The position numbers and the translations under genes were made by a program. From assembly GCF_964204645.1 (NCBI RefSeq), contig NC_134025.1, positions 24,036,299 to 24,100,298 of the forward strand: DNA of 64,000 bases, read 5' to 3'. Position 1 is the first letter of the stretch. Each line of letters starts with the position of its first letter. Under the pieces are notes generated by a model that did not search any database, had not been told where the DNA came from, and saw nothing but the letters and a program-made list of their open reading frames with translations. Shown here piece after piece: positions 13,681-25,685 of this stretch. The DNA is from Tubulanus polymorphus (Eukaryota > Animalia > Nemertea).

Positions 13681-15570
13681 CGAAATGTACTGCAGTGTTT
13701 CGGAGTTACTGAACAATTTTTATACGATCAACGACGCATTTTTTACAGTATTCTACTGCGGTATGTGCTTTTATCATAGAGATCATTGAATATTTTAGAA
13801 ATCTTTCGGAAAACAGTCTACATGCTTTGTATACATAAGTATGAATTATGGAATACTCATTTGTATCTGGTATCCAGTTAGGCGTGCTGTCCCGTCCAAA
13901 CGAGATGTAAGAGGCTAGGGTTATATTGACGTTAATAAAAATATATTGTTTAATTGAGGTAACATATAAAATCATTGAAAATACTGGTTCAAATTCAACG
14001 TAGAAAAATTACTTCAGTGTACATGTAGTTTTAAAACACTTAATCAGATTTTTAAGTGATCATTACCTGTAAAAATTTTAATCTTTAATATCTGTTCATC
14101 CAATTTGTAGGTTTTATTCAGATAAACATTGGAGCAAATTGCTTCATTATTTGTCTTGCTTATATTGTCACTTTATCATATATAATATCTTGAATTGGTG
14201 GTCTGCATGATCATGTATATACTGACTTGAACTGCTGATTTTTTAAGCATTTTTGTTTTTTTTTTCAAGAATGCCAATTTTTCTGAAGAGATTTTGAGTT
14301 TCTTTCTACCGGTTGATGCATTTTATTCTGCTTTTATCAGTGAAAATGCATTTTCTGTATAGGCGCAATGTTTGATTATAAGAACATGTTATATCTTAGC
14401 TATACATTTTGGGCTGTTTGTGGAATCATAGATGCATAATGTATCCGTCCTTATTATCACTATTGTTCATACCTTTCATATCTAAGTAGAGGAAAATTAT
14501 TCAGGAATGTTGTTTCTCTGTTTATCAGTTTAACTGTTGGTGAACATCACGATATTCCATGTTTAAAGCATTATGTTTAATGCAAGTCTCAAACTTTACA
14601 GTTCAAAAGTCATTCCAAATGTTGTACACGATAGTTCATAACTTTATGTATTAAAATACCATAAGTAGAGTTTATCATGGAAATTGTACCACAGTAATAT
14701 TTTATAATTTTTTGTCATATTTCCAATAAACATTTTGTAATAATGTTACACAAGTAAAGTACATTGATTCAAGTTTTTGCAATGCTACAACTTTTCTGTG
14801 TTCATCCTTCTTCCAATTCTAAACTTATGATGGAAAATGAAAATGCATGTTCCAGTGCTTATCAGAGTAGATGGGCATCACGGATTTATCGCAGCCGCCG
14901 TCATTATTATGGGTATGATTCGGTAAAATGGAGTCCAGTTGACTTGGATCTAATCTACCATCTTGGTAGTAAATGTTTTCTTCCCAGATGTACATGTATC
15001 ATGAAAACTACTGCAACCAATGCTACATAATAAATCAACTCGTCACTTATCCTTAACATAACATCCTTCTGTTTACTCATTTATAGTTGTTGACAATGAA
15101 TAATAATCGGAATCATACTTGAATGACACCTATTGGCTCATTCATATACATGTACATGTAGCTCACAATGGCACATTTTCATCAAATATGTATACATAAT
15201 CTTATTCAAAATTAAGCGAATACAATATCAAAATGAACGTAAAATACTACAAAATATCTTTCTGACTAATGCGATCAATATGTACTTCATCAGTATTTTT
15301 GTCATGGAGTTATATTGTACTGTTATAATGGAAGCCCAAATGTATTAGATGTTTTTTATAAGGACAGAAAACCATGTAGTTCTTTCAGTGAGTAACAGCT
15401 GTACTTATGACAACAGATGAAAGCAGAATCGCATGGAAATAATCTGCACAATGCATAAGCCACAATTAAATACCTGGTATATTCAACAAAATACTAATAG
15501 TAGAAGCACAAAACTTGAAACAAATATGTTTTGGCAATAATCATTACGTTGTTGGCTGTACTCGTATTAA

Positions 15571-18368
15571 TTACAATGAGTAAAAGTGTATCTCGTCTTT
15601 GATTCCCATTAATAATCCTGCTTGACTAGACCTCGCCCATTCGGTTGAAAAACGTATAGCAGGTATGATGTCCCGAGAGGCAGGGAAAGGCGGTGGTATC
15701 GTGTGTAGCAATGTGCTGTCCTTCAAACTCCAAATGCGAGTATAACAATCTTGGCCAGCTGTAAAAACCAAGAGGATATCGATATCAACATCCTTTCCAA
15801 TAAGTTATTTTTCATAGCACACATTGGAATCGATAAATGATTGTCTGGTTACCTGCACATAACACTGTTTCTGTTGAATCAATATGAAATGGTATCCGAC
15901 TGTATTCGTTTACATGTCCGGGAAATTCTTGTACTACTTTTCTCATTCGTAAGTCCCAGCATTGTATCTAATAAAATAATAATTATTATTATCTATCTAT
16001 TTGTTACATAGCGCACTCCTATAAATTGTAATCAGTGCACTTTACATAAAGGCCATCACATATAAGCATGTAAGTGCGCTGAACATGAGCTGAGTTGATG
16101 AAAATAGTAATTTAAAACAATTGGAGAATAAATGTTAAGTTGAAATTTACAGGTGACTAAGATTAATTACAGTTATAAATTTTCCTAAAAAAAAGTAAGT
16201 TTTCAAATTCTTGAAAACAATGAATCGATGGACTTTGTCTAATACTTTAGGGCAGTTAGTTCCACACGACAGGTGTTATACATTTAAGGGCCCTGTCACA
16301 CCTATTACACGCATTAAGACACGTTTAACTAAAAGACTTTAATGTATCGAATGATACAATAAGTACGTTAATGAGAAAAATTGTTTGCCGTAAGCGTAAT
16401 TGAGCAAATGAAATCATTGATAAATTCGTTCTCATGTTAAAGTATTTACCCGGCCGCTAAATGTACTGCAGATAATATAATTTTCATCTTTTAACAGCTG
16501 AATACAACAGACGCTGGACTCGTGAACAAGAGCTGATACGTAATATGTCGATGAACTCCTTAGGTCGTGACAGCAGACTAAACCTTTTCGCGTTCCACTG
16601 TACAACAGTGACTTTTCCTTGAGACATGAAAATGAATGAAAAACGGATGATGTGATTTTAATAAATCATAAGCTACGGTTGCCAACAGCGATTTATATAC
16701 CAAATTTAGGTTAAGTCAGGACCGGTAACTGAATTTACCGAATACACTGCAGAGGTACTGGTATGTAATTTCTGATATTAATCTAATCAACATACCTGAT
16801 TGGAAAAAATCTGTGTCAGTACATCACCATCTCTAGTATTCAATTCCCACAATCGTCTAGTTTCCACGTCGATTAGAATAGCTTTCTTTTCCGAGCCGAT
16901 ACTGAACTGTTGATTGTAGCTGTTCCACGCACACGTCCACGCGGCGTTTTTACCTAAATTGAATTCCGTCGATCGATATTCTTGCACCGTACTCGAGTCG
17001 AGACGTCGAAACAGCGCCAAACTCGGAAATCGTCCTAAAATGCACATTGTCGTGTAAAGTACGGCGCTATTGGAACGATCGTCCACGGACAGCGGCGCCC
17101 AACAAATATGAGTCACTTTACTGAGAGATTTCATGATGGCAGTTCCCGACGGTTTGATGCCGATTTCCGTCTCGATTTTGACGTCTCTACTTTCGTTGCC
17201 CATCGAATCGTAAGACGAATCGTTTAAAAATTTCGATGTCGGCGACAAATCTAAAACCTGTATGCGTTGGACGGCGGTCGTTCGTACGGACCATAAACCG
17301 AGAATTTTCGTATAATCACTACTCGGTTGCATCGTATGCATGTGATCCATTACTTCGTACATATTTGCCGGTTCGGGAAAAACCTTCCGACGTAGAGTAG
17401 TGTTCATAAACGGAACTCTAGCTCGTATCATCGGAGCTTTGAATCCATCGGACATTTTGAAACCGAGTCTACGTCTTTCTATCAAACTATCGACGACGTT
17501 CGAAGATCGTAATTTCCTATGATGAACTAGAGTACACGTGACTTTTCGGTTTTCCGACATCTGACATAAAGTCTCGATTCTTCGCTTTTCGTCGTGTTCT
17601 CTTTTGATGCTTTCTCTCGTTACGTTTGAAGAACTCGCGGCTAGATGACTCGGCATAATCTTAAAGTACTTCTTCTTTTCTTTATCGTAATGAAATCCGG
17701 GAAGCTGTTCGCAGATAGTTAAGGTCAATGACAACGCATCAGAACGCTTGGAAAATTGCCTATGAACTCAACAGGGGCGGAGCTTAGAAAATTTGAAGGG
17801 TGTGGTCTAGAAGAAAAGAAAATGCATTTCTCAGATAGAGCAGCCGTGTCAAAGGCCACAAGTGGGTCGCACCCTCGGCATTAACATATTTTTGAAAAAA
17901 TACATCTTAAAAGATGCAAATTCTTCTGAGAGGATGAGTATTTGTAGGTTGTAACAATCTCCGTCTAAACGAAAAAGGGCAAACTCAGTGGGAAGGCAGG
18001 GGTCCAGACCCCTTAGATCCACCCCTGCTCAACGAAAAGTTGTGAGAAAATAGAAACTCACTTATAATTCACCACTTCAAGCCAAGAAAAATCATCTCCA
18101 GAAAGCGTGAATTTCAAAAAAGGATATGAATATGTTCATCAGTACTACTCGAACGACTGTCTTGTCTCATATATATTGGTTGCGGATGTGGCCCTTCTGA
18201 ATTTCGGTGTCTTGAATTCGATGTTCGTTTTTTAGACCGCGAGCAATGTTGGTGGTCGGTTTCCATGCTGTCGTCATCGTCGCTCTCATCTCGTTGAAAT
18301 GCTGGTTCTTGACGCCTGTAATGATGACTCTTTCCTTTTCCTTTACCCTTAGACGGCTTCGACGTCAT
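15571..18368 (-). CDS. DCAF4: DDB1- and CUL4-associated factor 4 (WDR21)-like WD40 protein, 5 coding exons
   Basis: LPGFHYDKEKKKYFKI motif and helix VTRESIKRE. WD40 segments AWTCAWN and LLYSGTRKG, and C-terminal AGQDCYTRIWSL..LLHTIPPP. Exons approximately 18368-18128, 17706-16796, 16618-16450, 15968-15853 and 15759-15571. Confidence 0.92.
15969..16283 (-). mobile_element. 3' fragment of a CR1/L2-clade LINE in a DCAF4 intron
   Basis: The - strand reads PVVWN*LP*SIRQSPSIHCF (decayed RT ORF C-terminus of the WNxLP..IR type), followed by a TGTAAAGTGCAC...GCGCTATGTAA stem and an (AAT)n-like tail. Confidence 0.6.
17707..18127 (-). other. U12-type (minor spliceosome) AT-AC intron of DCAF4
   Basis: 5' splice site ATATCCTTT starts at 18127. 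Branch site ACCTTAAC is at 17725-17718 and the 3' end is AC at 17708-17707. Removing it joins exon 1 (241 nt, phase 1) in frame: ..DEHI-Q-LPGFHYD. Confidence 0.9.
17772..18027. mobile_element. 256-bp MITE (hAT-like CAGGGG termini) inside the U12 intron
   Basis: TIRs CAGGGGCGGAGCTTAG and CTTAGATCCACCCCTG, flanked by the 5-bp direct repeat CTCAA (17767-17771 and 18028-18032). Confidence 0.85.
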
Positions 18369-18449
18369 TATCTAAAAAAGAACGATTATGATTTAAAGTG
18401 ATAGGCCCCCTACGGGATCGTTAACTGAATACAGTACACCAAGTATCAT

Positions 18450-18522
18450 TGTTATGAAGATTGGGTCTTGGAGTAATTATTTAGGGTAATTACTCCAAGA
18501 TTGAACTAAAATGAATCCAGCC
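18450..18522. repeat. Short palindromic MITE-like element
   Basis: TCTTGGAGTAATTA (18466-18479) and TAATTACTCCAAGA (18487-18500) form a perfect 14-bp inverted repeat. Confidence 0.5.
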
Positions 18523-19722
18523 GCAAATTCTAGAATTATGCCATCTCCATTCGGCATTTCTGTAGGCCTACTAACTGTTAAATTGCAGACCTTACTTGAC
18601 CTGAGCCAATAATGTAAACATAATAAATAACAAGTAAGTAACAGTAGCAAGCAGACTGTAGGCCTAGAGTAAATTAACATTGATTAAGTGTCGTGAGTCT
18701 CTGATTGAATAGCCTGGAAGTTGACAGTTTTTTTCAAATTGTATCAAAGTTTACTAAGTTCAAACTCATCTATCTTATCATTAAGAAAAATGCACTTACA
18801 GTGGGGGGGGGGGTGCACGGTAGGTTTCTCTGGTCCCTAAAACTTTATATTTTGGCTGTTGATACAATTCAAGGGACATCAGGAGAAGGTGAACGGCTGT
18901 ATATTGTACTCACGCACCAGTGTGCACTTCAATTAATAGAAAATCAAATTATATTGCTCAATGTAGCGATCGGCGCGCGATTTTTACTATAAGACTACGG
19001 CATCGAATTTTTAAATTTCCTCATTTTCGTATTTTTGTAAAATCAACCTGAAAAAAAATACTCAAATAGAAATTTGACTGAACGAAAAGTTCTCCGAATA
19101 AGATGCACGGTTACACAGGTGCCCGCGGGATCCAGGGGGTGGGAATTGTGGAAGCCCGCAAATCTGACTACGCTGCTACTAAATTGCCAGCAGGGAAAAA
19201 CCACTTGGTGATTTTTTCTAAACCTTGTGTACTTAAAGATAGATCTTCGAACGAAGACGGAAAATTATTGTTTGGTTAACCCGTATGGAGTTCTATGGTT
19301 AACCAGAACTAGGGTGGACAGGCGGGGATCAAGATACGGGAGAGAATCACACATCGAATAGTCGATTCATAAGTGAAAAATCCGCTAACAATGAGCATAG
19401 CGGCAGCACGTCACGGTAATGTGAGGCAGCCCCTATTTCCCGTCTGTAAACCTACTATTACACCCATAAAATTACGGACCTAATTTGTATTAAGCCCATG
19501 ATACTAAGAACACATTTTCTTGACAGCTAATTACATGTCAATTTTTACATTCAAGAATATCAATAACATATGGCAAAGAGTAAACCTATTGTTTATTTTA
19601 GAGAAATATGATTCATCGTATTCGGAAATTTAAGGACTCCTTGCAGTACATTGTCAATAAACTGTGATGGCTTACCTTGCGATAAATGTTAAATAAATCA
19701 TTTGTAGTGAATATCGTCAAAG

Positions 19723-22363
19723 ATGCAACCGCTTATTTTACTACTAGGGGTAAGCCTGAATTTGACAACCATGATTCAATTTGAAATCGGACAGAAATAC
19801 TTAGTACCGTAATCAATTTTACATTGCAGATTTTGATCGCGGGTAAGTATAGACTCGTTTATTTTTTATCATGTACCCTCATTTTGATTGAAAATATCAA
19901 AAAGATTAAAATTCGTCTAAATTATTAAAGAAATCCGAAATATATTTCTGTGTTGTATGTTCAGGCATTGGGGCCGCAGTCGATGAATCGCGGATTCAGG
20001 TTTGTGATAATTTGTCAAACTTAAAATCTTATTTGGAACTTGGCCTTTCTATTTAAGCTTCATTCAAACCTTTCAGAAACGAACGGCCGCGATAAGATAT
20101 ACGCAACAACGATGGCCACTAGGCATCGTGCCTTACATACTGACTGGGTTCAGTGAGTTGAGTTCTAAAAATGTGCATCTTTAGGTCAAAATGTTCTTAA
20201 AATCATTTCTAGGAATGTATTTAGAAATAACCTGTAGTATGTGTTAAATCGTGATAAAAAGTAGAAGACTACATAATAAAGGTCAATCGAATTTTCATAG
20301 CCGACGTAACACGTTCATAAAAAAATTATGAGGGAATCTGTATGCCCTTATAATTCTTTTATGATTACGCGACTGATTCATTAAATCATATATAACTGAT
20401 ATATTTCAGCGGAAAACCAAAAAGCTGCGATACAGTTGGCTATTAATGAACTAGAAACTGAGTTGGGGCCAAGATGCGTGCGATTTGTACCGAAAGACAA
20501 TCAAGTCGATTACCTTAACATGAAAAATTCTCCGGCTAAAAAGTAAAAGAAGTTTTCACGAAAAAATATCGATTCCCAAATCTAAAACATAGTCACTCCA
20601 GCAAATAAATTATTATGGAAATGAAAAATTTGAATTTGAAGGTGTGGATCTGTGGTAGGAATGACGGGGAAGGAGCAAATAACAAACTTCGCTGCGACTT
20701 GCGTAGATGGTCTTCATCAAGGACTCATAAAACAGCAATTGTTGACTGTTTTGGGCATGAAACCCGAACATCGGCGACCCGATAGAGATAAATACGTGAC
20801 GATCATTACCGACAATATCGACCCAGGTATATGATCCAATGTGAAAATAATCCTATATTTCTTATTAGAATAATCTCCATCATTCTTTGGGTGAGTGGAT
20901 TACAGAAATGAAATTTGGAAATGCTAGATTTTCTCTTCATTATAATTTTTTCACTTTACCTGAAATGTTATCACCCCTTTTATATCTTGAATTTGACATC
21001 AAGCGCAAACATACAGATTTCGTAAGGATCCGAGCGTCGAAACGTTTGGTCTACCATACGATTACGATAGTCTTCTACATTTCTCCGAGACGCAATTCGC
21101 CAAGTCAGTTGGGCTGAAAACGATGGTTCCGATAAAAAGTGGCGTAACGATCGGTCAGAGAACTCACCTGAGCAAATACGACATTCAAACCATTCACAAA
21201 ATGTACAACTGCGGAGGTATCTATCGTATCATTAGGTTAAAAATTGATACCTTGTTTCTCCTAATCGGCCGGGTAATATGGTAAATTGTAATACAATGTT
21301 TCTGTACAGCTCGTTTCTATAGCTGCTGGGTCTGTAATGGTTAGCTTGATCGTGATTTTTAAGCAGCCAGCCGGGTCAACTCAGCACAGATGAGAAACAC
21401 GGTATAATTTTTAACCTTAGACGGAGTTAGATTCTTAGAGCGATATTAAACTTTCCCGTTGGAGAAGTCTTCTATTACACGTGGATGAATATTTCTTGTA
21501 CAACATCTGACCTCGTTTTACAAGATTCGTTTTTTCCTCCGTTTTCCTCATTTTTCTGATTGTAGGGGATATCAATTTCTTCTGCAACTTTTCGGCTAAT
21601 GCATGTGGATTCAGACCAAGACCTCCGGGTGACCCCCTGCGATGGAAACGACTGTTGGCACCGTCACCAAGCGGCCCACCAAATGACCACACTGGAGATG
21701 GTACGGATATGGGTTCAATTCACCCAAGTTTTCGAGTGTCTGTTTTTAATACATAAAATTCACGGATAATTGCAGGGCTCTATATGGGTATCGATATGAC
21801 CGGAGAACAGAGAGGAGCGGGCGGAGCGCTACTATCTACAGAACTACCCAAAAGTGATAAAGGATATTGTATTACATTCTGGTGCGTGCGAAGTTCGATT
21901 CTTTCAAATGTACATATGCAAATATCATTTTCAAAGATTTCCAATATTCCTCTATAATTCAGGTATTACAGATATTCCAAGACTGAATTGACTTCCTGGG
22001 CACCAATAGTTGCGTACAGAGCGAAAGGATTTGTGAAACTGGGTCAGGTAGCCTCCCTTACACACCGAGATAACTACCCATTAAACTGGATCGTATCCAA
22101 GAATCATTTCACATGGCCATCCGACTCTGGGGTATCTATTATTTTGATATATCGTTTATCACCAGGATATCCTAAATTAAAAACCCTTCATACATGCACT
22201 TAGTTCTTTTATTTTCTTGATCCTATAACTGATGGCTATGCAATTGAAATTCGTTTTACATTTTCACCAGCTATTGCTGTACGCCATGGTCTCTGGAGGG
22301 TTCTACGGTCACAAGAATTTTGCAATTGACGACATCAGCATACAGGAAGCGTCCACCTGTTAA
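19723..22363 (+). CDS. Secreted astacin (M12A)-fold + MAM-domain protein, copy A, predicted catalytically inactive (11 coding exons, about 395 aa)
   Basis: Spliced ORF: MQPLILLLG-ILIAG-IGAAVDESRIQ-KR-TAAIRYTQQRWPLGIVPY..CVRFVPK..CGSVVGMTGKEQ..C..GLIKQQLLTVLGMKPEHRRPDRDKYV..PYDYDSLLHF..IGQRTHLSKYDIQTIHKMYNC. The MAM domain follows (CNFS..CGF..W.R..PSGPPNDHTG..YCITFWYY..FAIDDISI). All introns are GT-AG and no in-frame stops were found. Confidence 0.9.
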
Positions 22364-22832
22364 ACTGCAGATTTCCGCCATCTTTCGAAATAAAATAATT
22401 CTATTATCAAAAGGTTGATGGTATATCTCTTAATAAATTGACTGTTCCTCACTCAAAAAACCTTGTTGTTGTAAATATGATTTTAGTGATGATTACGGTA
22501 CAAAGAGACACAAAGAAATAACGCAATGATTTCTCATATTAGCTCAAGGTTTTGTTTATTACGGTACGAATTTATGTCAATCTTGACTAGAATCCAGAAC
22601 CACAGAATACAGAATGACTAGAAAATTTAAACCTTGGTCCACGTATCCCTTGCGTCCATCTTACACTAGATGTACATATAAGCATTTGTTGTATTCCAAA
22701 AGTGTAAAAAATACATCAAATAGTAGATGCGTTAATCTAAAAAAAAAACGTTATAAATGTTTGTGCTCACACAATCGAAAAATAAATTACACTAGCATAC
22801 TTAACTATTTCATACAAAAAACCTCGCAATAC

Positions 22833-22880
22833 ACACACAGGTGCTTTATGATGTCTATGAGAATGGAAAGGAACAACATC
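22833..22880 (-). pseudogene. Internally deleted remnant of the arylsulfatase last exon
   Basis: The - strand encodes PFHSH-RHHKAPVC, which fuses two separate parts (PFHSH and HRHHKAPMC) of the sulfatase terminal exon at 39340-39630. Confidence 0.7.
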
Positions 22881-23385
22881 TAGATTAGTATCAGTTTGCA
22901 ACTGTACGTCATAATAGAAACTATAATATAATGATTTGGACGTAGTGAAATTGATATCGTAGATATTCTGACAACAATAAAACTTCATTTGATGCATCAA
23001 GCCGCTATCGTAGATGTACTGTCAAAAACTTGACGCGTCAAACCACTATCGAAGATATACACAAAAATTGATCTAATCTAAATTCTCAGATAATGGTAGT
23101 GGTAAATTTGAGTGTAGGCGCAATGCAATACCGTACTGTATTGAAATTGATTTAGCTTTCCCTTAAATGTTACCCAACCCGCACTACATCATCTGTATTT
23201 AATCCGTTTGACCAAGTACTGCCCGTCTACCATAAGGTGCTGCTGCTATGCACATCGTTAGCGGATTTGTCATACACTAATTTGAATTTTACTCTGGCAA
23301 TCAATGAATCGGCTGCCAGAGTCGACTCATTTTAGTGTATGAAAGATCCGTTAACGCTGAGCCCTGCGGCAGCACGTCACAGTAG
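22861..23385 (+). repeat. Duplicated spacer/upstream block of the astacin tandem unit, homologous to 35660-36095; its 3' end is also homologous to about 19360-19420
   Basis: Co-linear matches shared with 35660-36095, e.g. TAGATTAGTATCAGTTTGCAACTG, TTTAATCCGTTTGACCAAGTACTGCC, CACATCGTTAGCGGATTT and GGCAATCAATGAATCGGCTGCCAGAGTCGA. Confidence 0.9.
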
Positions 23386-23402
23386 TAGTCGAATGAAACA
23401 TC

Positions 23403-23495
23403 AAATCCGTGTACATTATGTAATTATTAAAACCGAACCACAACGGTTCGGCTGTTGACCGATATCAGGTGGAATGACCTTTTTGTGGTTTCTGT
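23403..23495. mobile_element. Second, more deleted copy of the Penelope-like palindrome family seen at 13016-13230
   Basis: Shares AATCCGTGTA, AACCACAACG.TTCGGCTGTTGAC, ATCAGGTGGAATG and TTGTGGTTT with the 13.1-kb element. Confidence 0.6.
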
Positions 23496-24748
23496 AGGAT
23501 TCGTTAGTAATTATCAAGCCAGGATTTTTAAAGGGGCGTTCTTAAATTATAAAAAATGTCATTTTTGCATGTTCTGTATCCCAGGAAAGCGAGCATCGTA
23601 TGCATATGCTTAAAACCAGAATTCTGTAGCTATTCCACAAACAATAAAAACACGACAAATGAATTTCAGTATAGTTTTGGCCAGGTTTATCTCAGGTTTT
23701 TGTGCGGGGCCTTTGGAGCGTTGAACTATAACGGACAACCGACTGTTACATCTTTAGCAACCGGAGTAACGAATGTTGGATTGGTATTACAGTTAACTCC
23801 GCTGAGCACGTAATTCTGGTGGACCGGTGATTTCTGAGACCTGCACGAGAATATCCCCTGCCAGGATTCGACCTCGATTGAAACTCGATACCGACATTGT
23901 AGATTTTGATATGCGCGGCGGCGCGGGAATCTGAGACACCTATCAACAGAAAATATCATTATCAAAATGGCGTGCTCAGCTAACGTGAAAAGCAAAAAAC
24001 CTCGCCTAATTTCAAACATAGGCAGCCTCCTTTAAGACCCCAAAAATCAGTATTTCAATATTCGGTAAGTATTCGTAACATTAGTTAAAATGGCGAAAAT
24101 ATTTCGTCTTAGATATTATTGCGGGTAATCATATTTCGGAGGTGAATCTAGGCGCACATAGTGAAAATCAGTCAAGCAAGACAAGTTGAAAAACTAAAAA
24201 GGGCCAATGATGAATTTACTGGCCAGGGCGGATCCAGGAATTTAGAATATGGGGCCCAAAACTTTTTGAGCTGACGGTCATCTGACACTGATATTTCTTG
24301 ACCATGGGCTTGGTCTTATGTTCTTAAATGATACTTCAGTGAATTAGTTTTTCCTTGTTTTTATGGATTTATTCTGTTTTTATCCAGTATCAATTTCATT
24401 TATTTTCGGTTTTCATTTGTAGATGTGGCAAACGATTTCATCACAAAGAATTGACATCAGAAACAGTGAAAATAGTGTAAGTTTATTTTATCTTTTAAAT
24501 GTTTTCATCAGTTTCAGAAACAGATAATATTCATCTATTCATGTATCTTCATTCCTTTCTTTTATGTTTGATGTTGAACTCTGGAGGCAAAACCTAAACC
24601 ACAGAAAGCCCTGGATAAATGAACTACAGATTGGAGCGAACAATTTAATTTGTAAGTTTGAATTTTGAATTTGATAATTCTGCATTTATCTAAGCAACGA
24701 AAACAATCTTTGGTTTGTCTATCATACAGGTATCGCTACAATGGGAAC

Positions 24749-25132
24749 TTGGATTCAGGACAGGACAGCAAGGAATCAATGCTTTGCAAATAAGACTTTC
24801 TTGGAATCAGCGCAGGACAACCAGGAATCAGTGCTTTACAATAACAATTCGTTGGATTCAATACAGGGACAAGGAATTAGTACCTTACATGGCTAAGTTG
24901 GATTCAATACAGGACAAAAAACAGTGCTTTACTATAAGACTGTCTTGGATTCTGCACAGGACATCAAGGAATCAGTGTTTCACAATCAGACTTTTTTGGT
25001 TTCGCATCGGACCCGCATTTGGATTCTGCTCAGGACAACAAGGAATCAGTGTTTCATAATCAGACCTTTTTGGATTCAGCACAGGACTTCGGGAATCACT
25101 TTTGGATTCAGCATAGGACATCAGGAATCACT
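24749..25132 (+). repeat. Degenerate tandem repeat, about 50-bp unit (TTGGATTCAGCACAGGACAACAAGGAATCAGTGCTTTACAATAAGACT..), about 9 full or partial copies
   Basis: Recurrent TTGGATTC...CAGGAC...GGAATCA motif at roughly 45-52 bp spacing, with some shortened units. Confidence 0.85.
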
Positions 25133-25482
25133 ATATGTGGAAATTCAAGATAAGTTACATTTATCTATATTTATCGGTTGTTGAATTGATCTTAAGGGAC
25201 CAATTTTATAATGTTTGTTATAAACTATGTTTTGAAATGAAATCACAGAAACCTGTTGCATTTATTCAGTCATTTTAAATTTCTTTATATCGGTGAATAT
25301 TTGGCTATAACCAGTTCATGGTTTGGATTGTTATTTCAGTAAGCCGGATTACAGGTTTTCTAAATTGTGATCAACTCAAATGTTATTTCTAATCAATATG
25401 AAACTGGTTCCTGAGGTCAATAATACAACTGTTATCAATCATGTTCCTTCTTGACAATCAGATCATGTGTATCTTGAGAGTT

Positions 25483-25683
25483 AGAATTTCTGAAGATTAT
25501 ACTGCTGTACTTATTTCATACTGATTGAACAGTTACAGATACATGTGACATTGTGTAGAGATACAGAGTACAGATCACTGCATTACTTCATCCTGTGATT
25601 GAACAGTGATTTAATGTTCTCTCATCTTCATTAGATTCCCATCCATCTAACTAAAACATCAGAACATTTCAACTCATCTAACC
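25483..25683 (+). repeat. Left arm of a 200-bp inverted repeat (partner 29572-29772)
   Basis: Reverse-complement match with scattered substitutions, e.g. CTTCATCCTGTGATTGAACAGTGATTTAATGTTCTCTCATCTTCATTAGATT. Confidence 0.95.
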
Positions 25684-25685
25684 AT

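Noticed and set aside
18114-18127. Apparent frameshift or homopolymer error (CTT TTT TGA) at the end of the first DCAF4 ORF
   Set aside because: Fully explained by the U12 donor ATATCCTT at 18127; no frameshift is needed.
23528-24035. Possible Kolobok/piggyBac-type MITE bounded by TTAAAGG..CCTTTAA
   Set aside because: The TIR match beyond 7 bp is weak and the left end is equally explained by the AGCCAGG..GGGGCGTTC terminus; left unresolved.
24749-25132. CRISPR-like repeat/spacer appearance
   Set aside because: The context is eukaryotic, there are no cas genes, the repeats are degenerate, and the intervening segments are homologous to each other.
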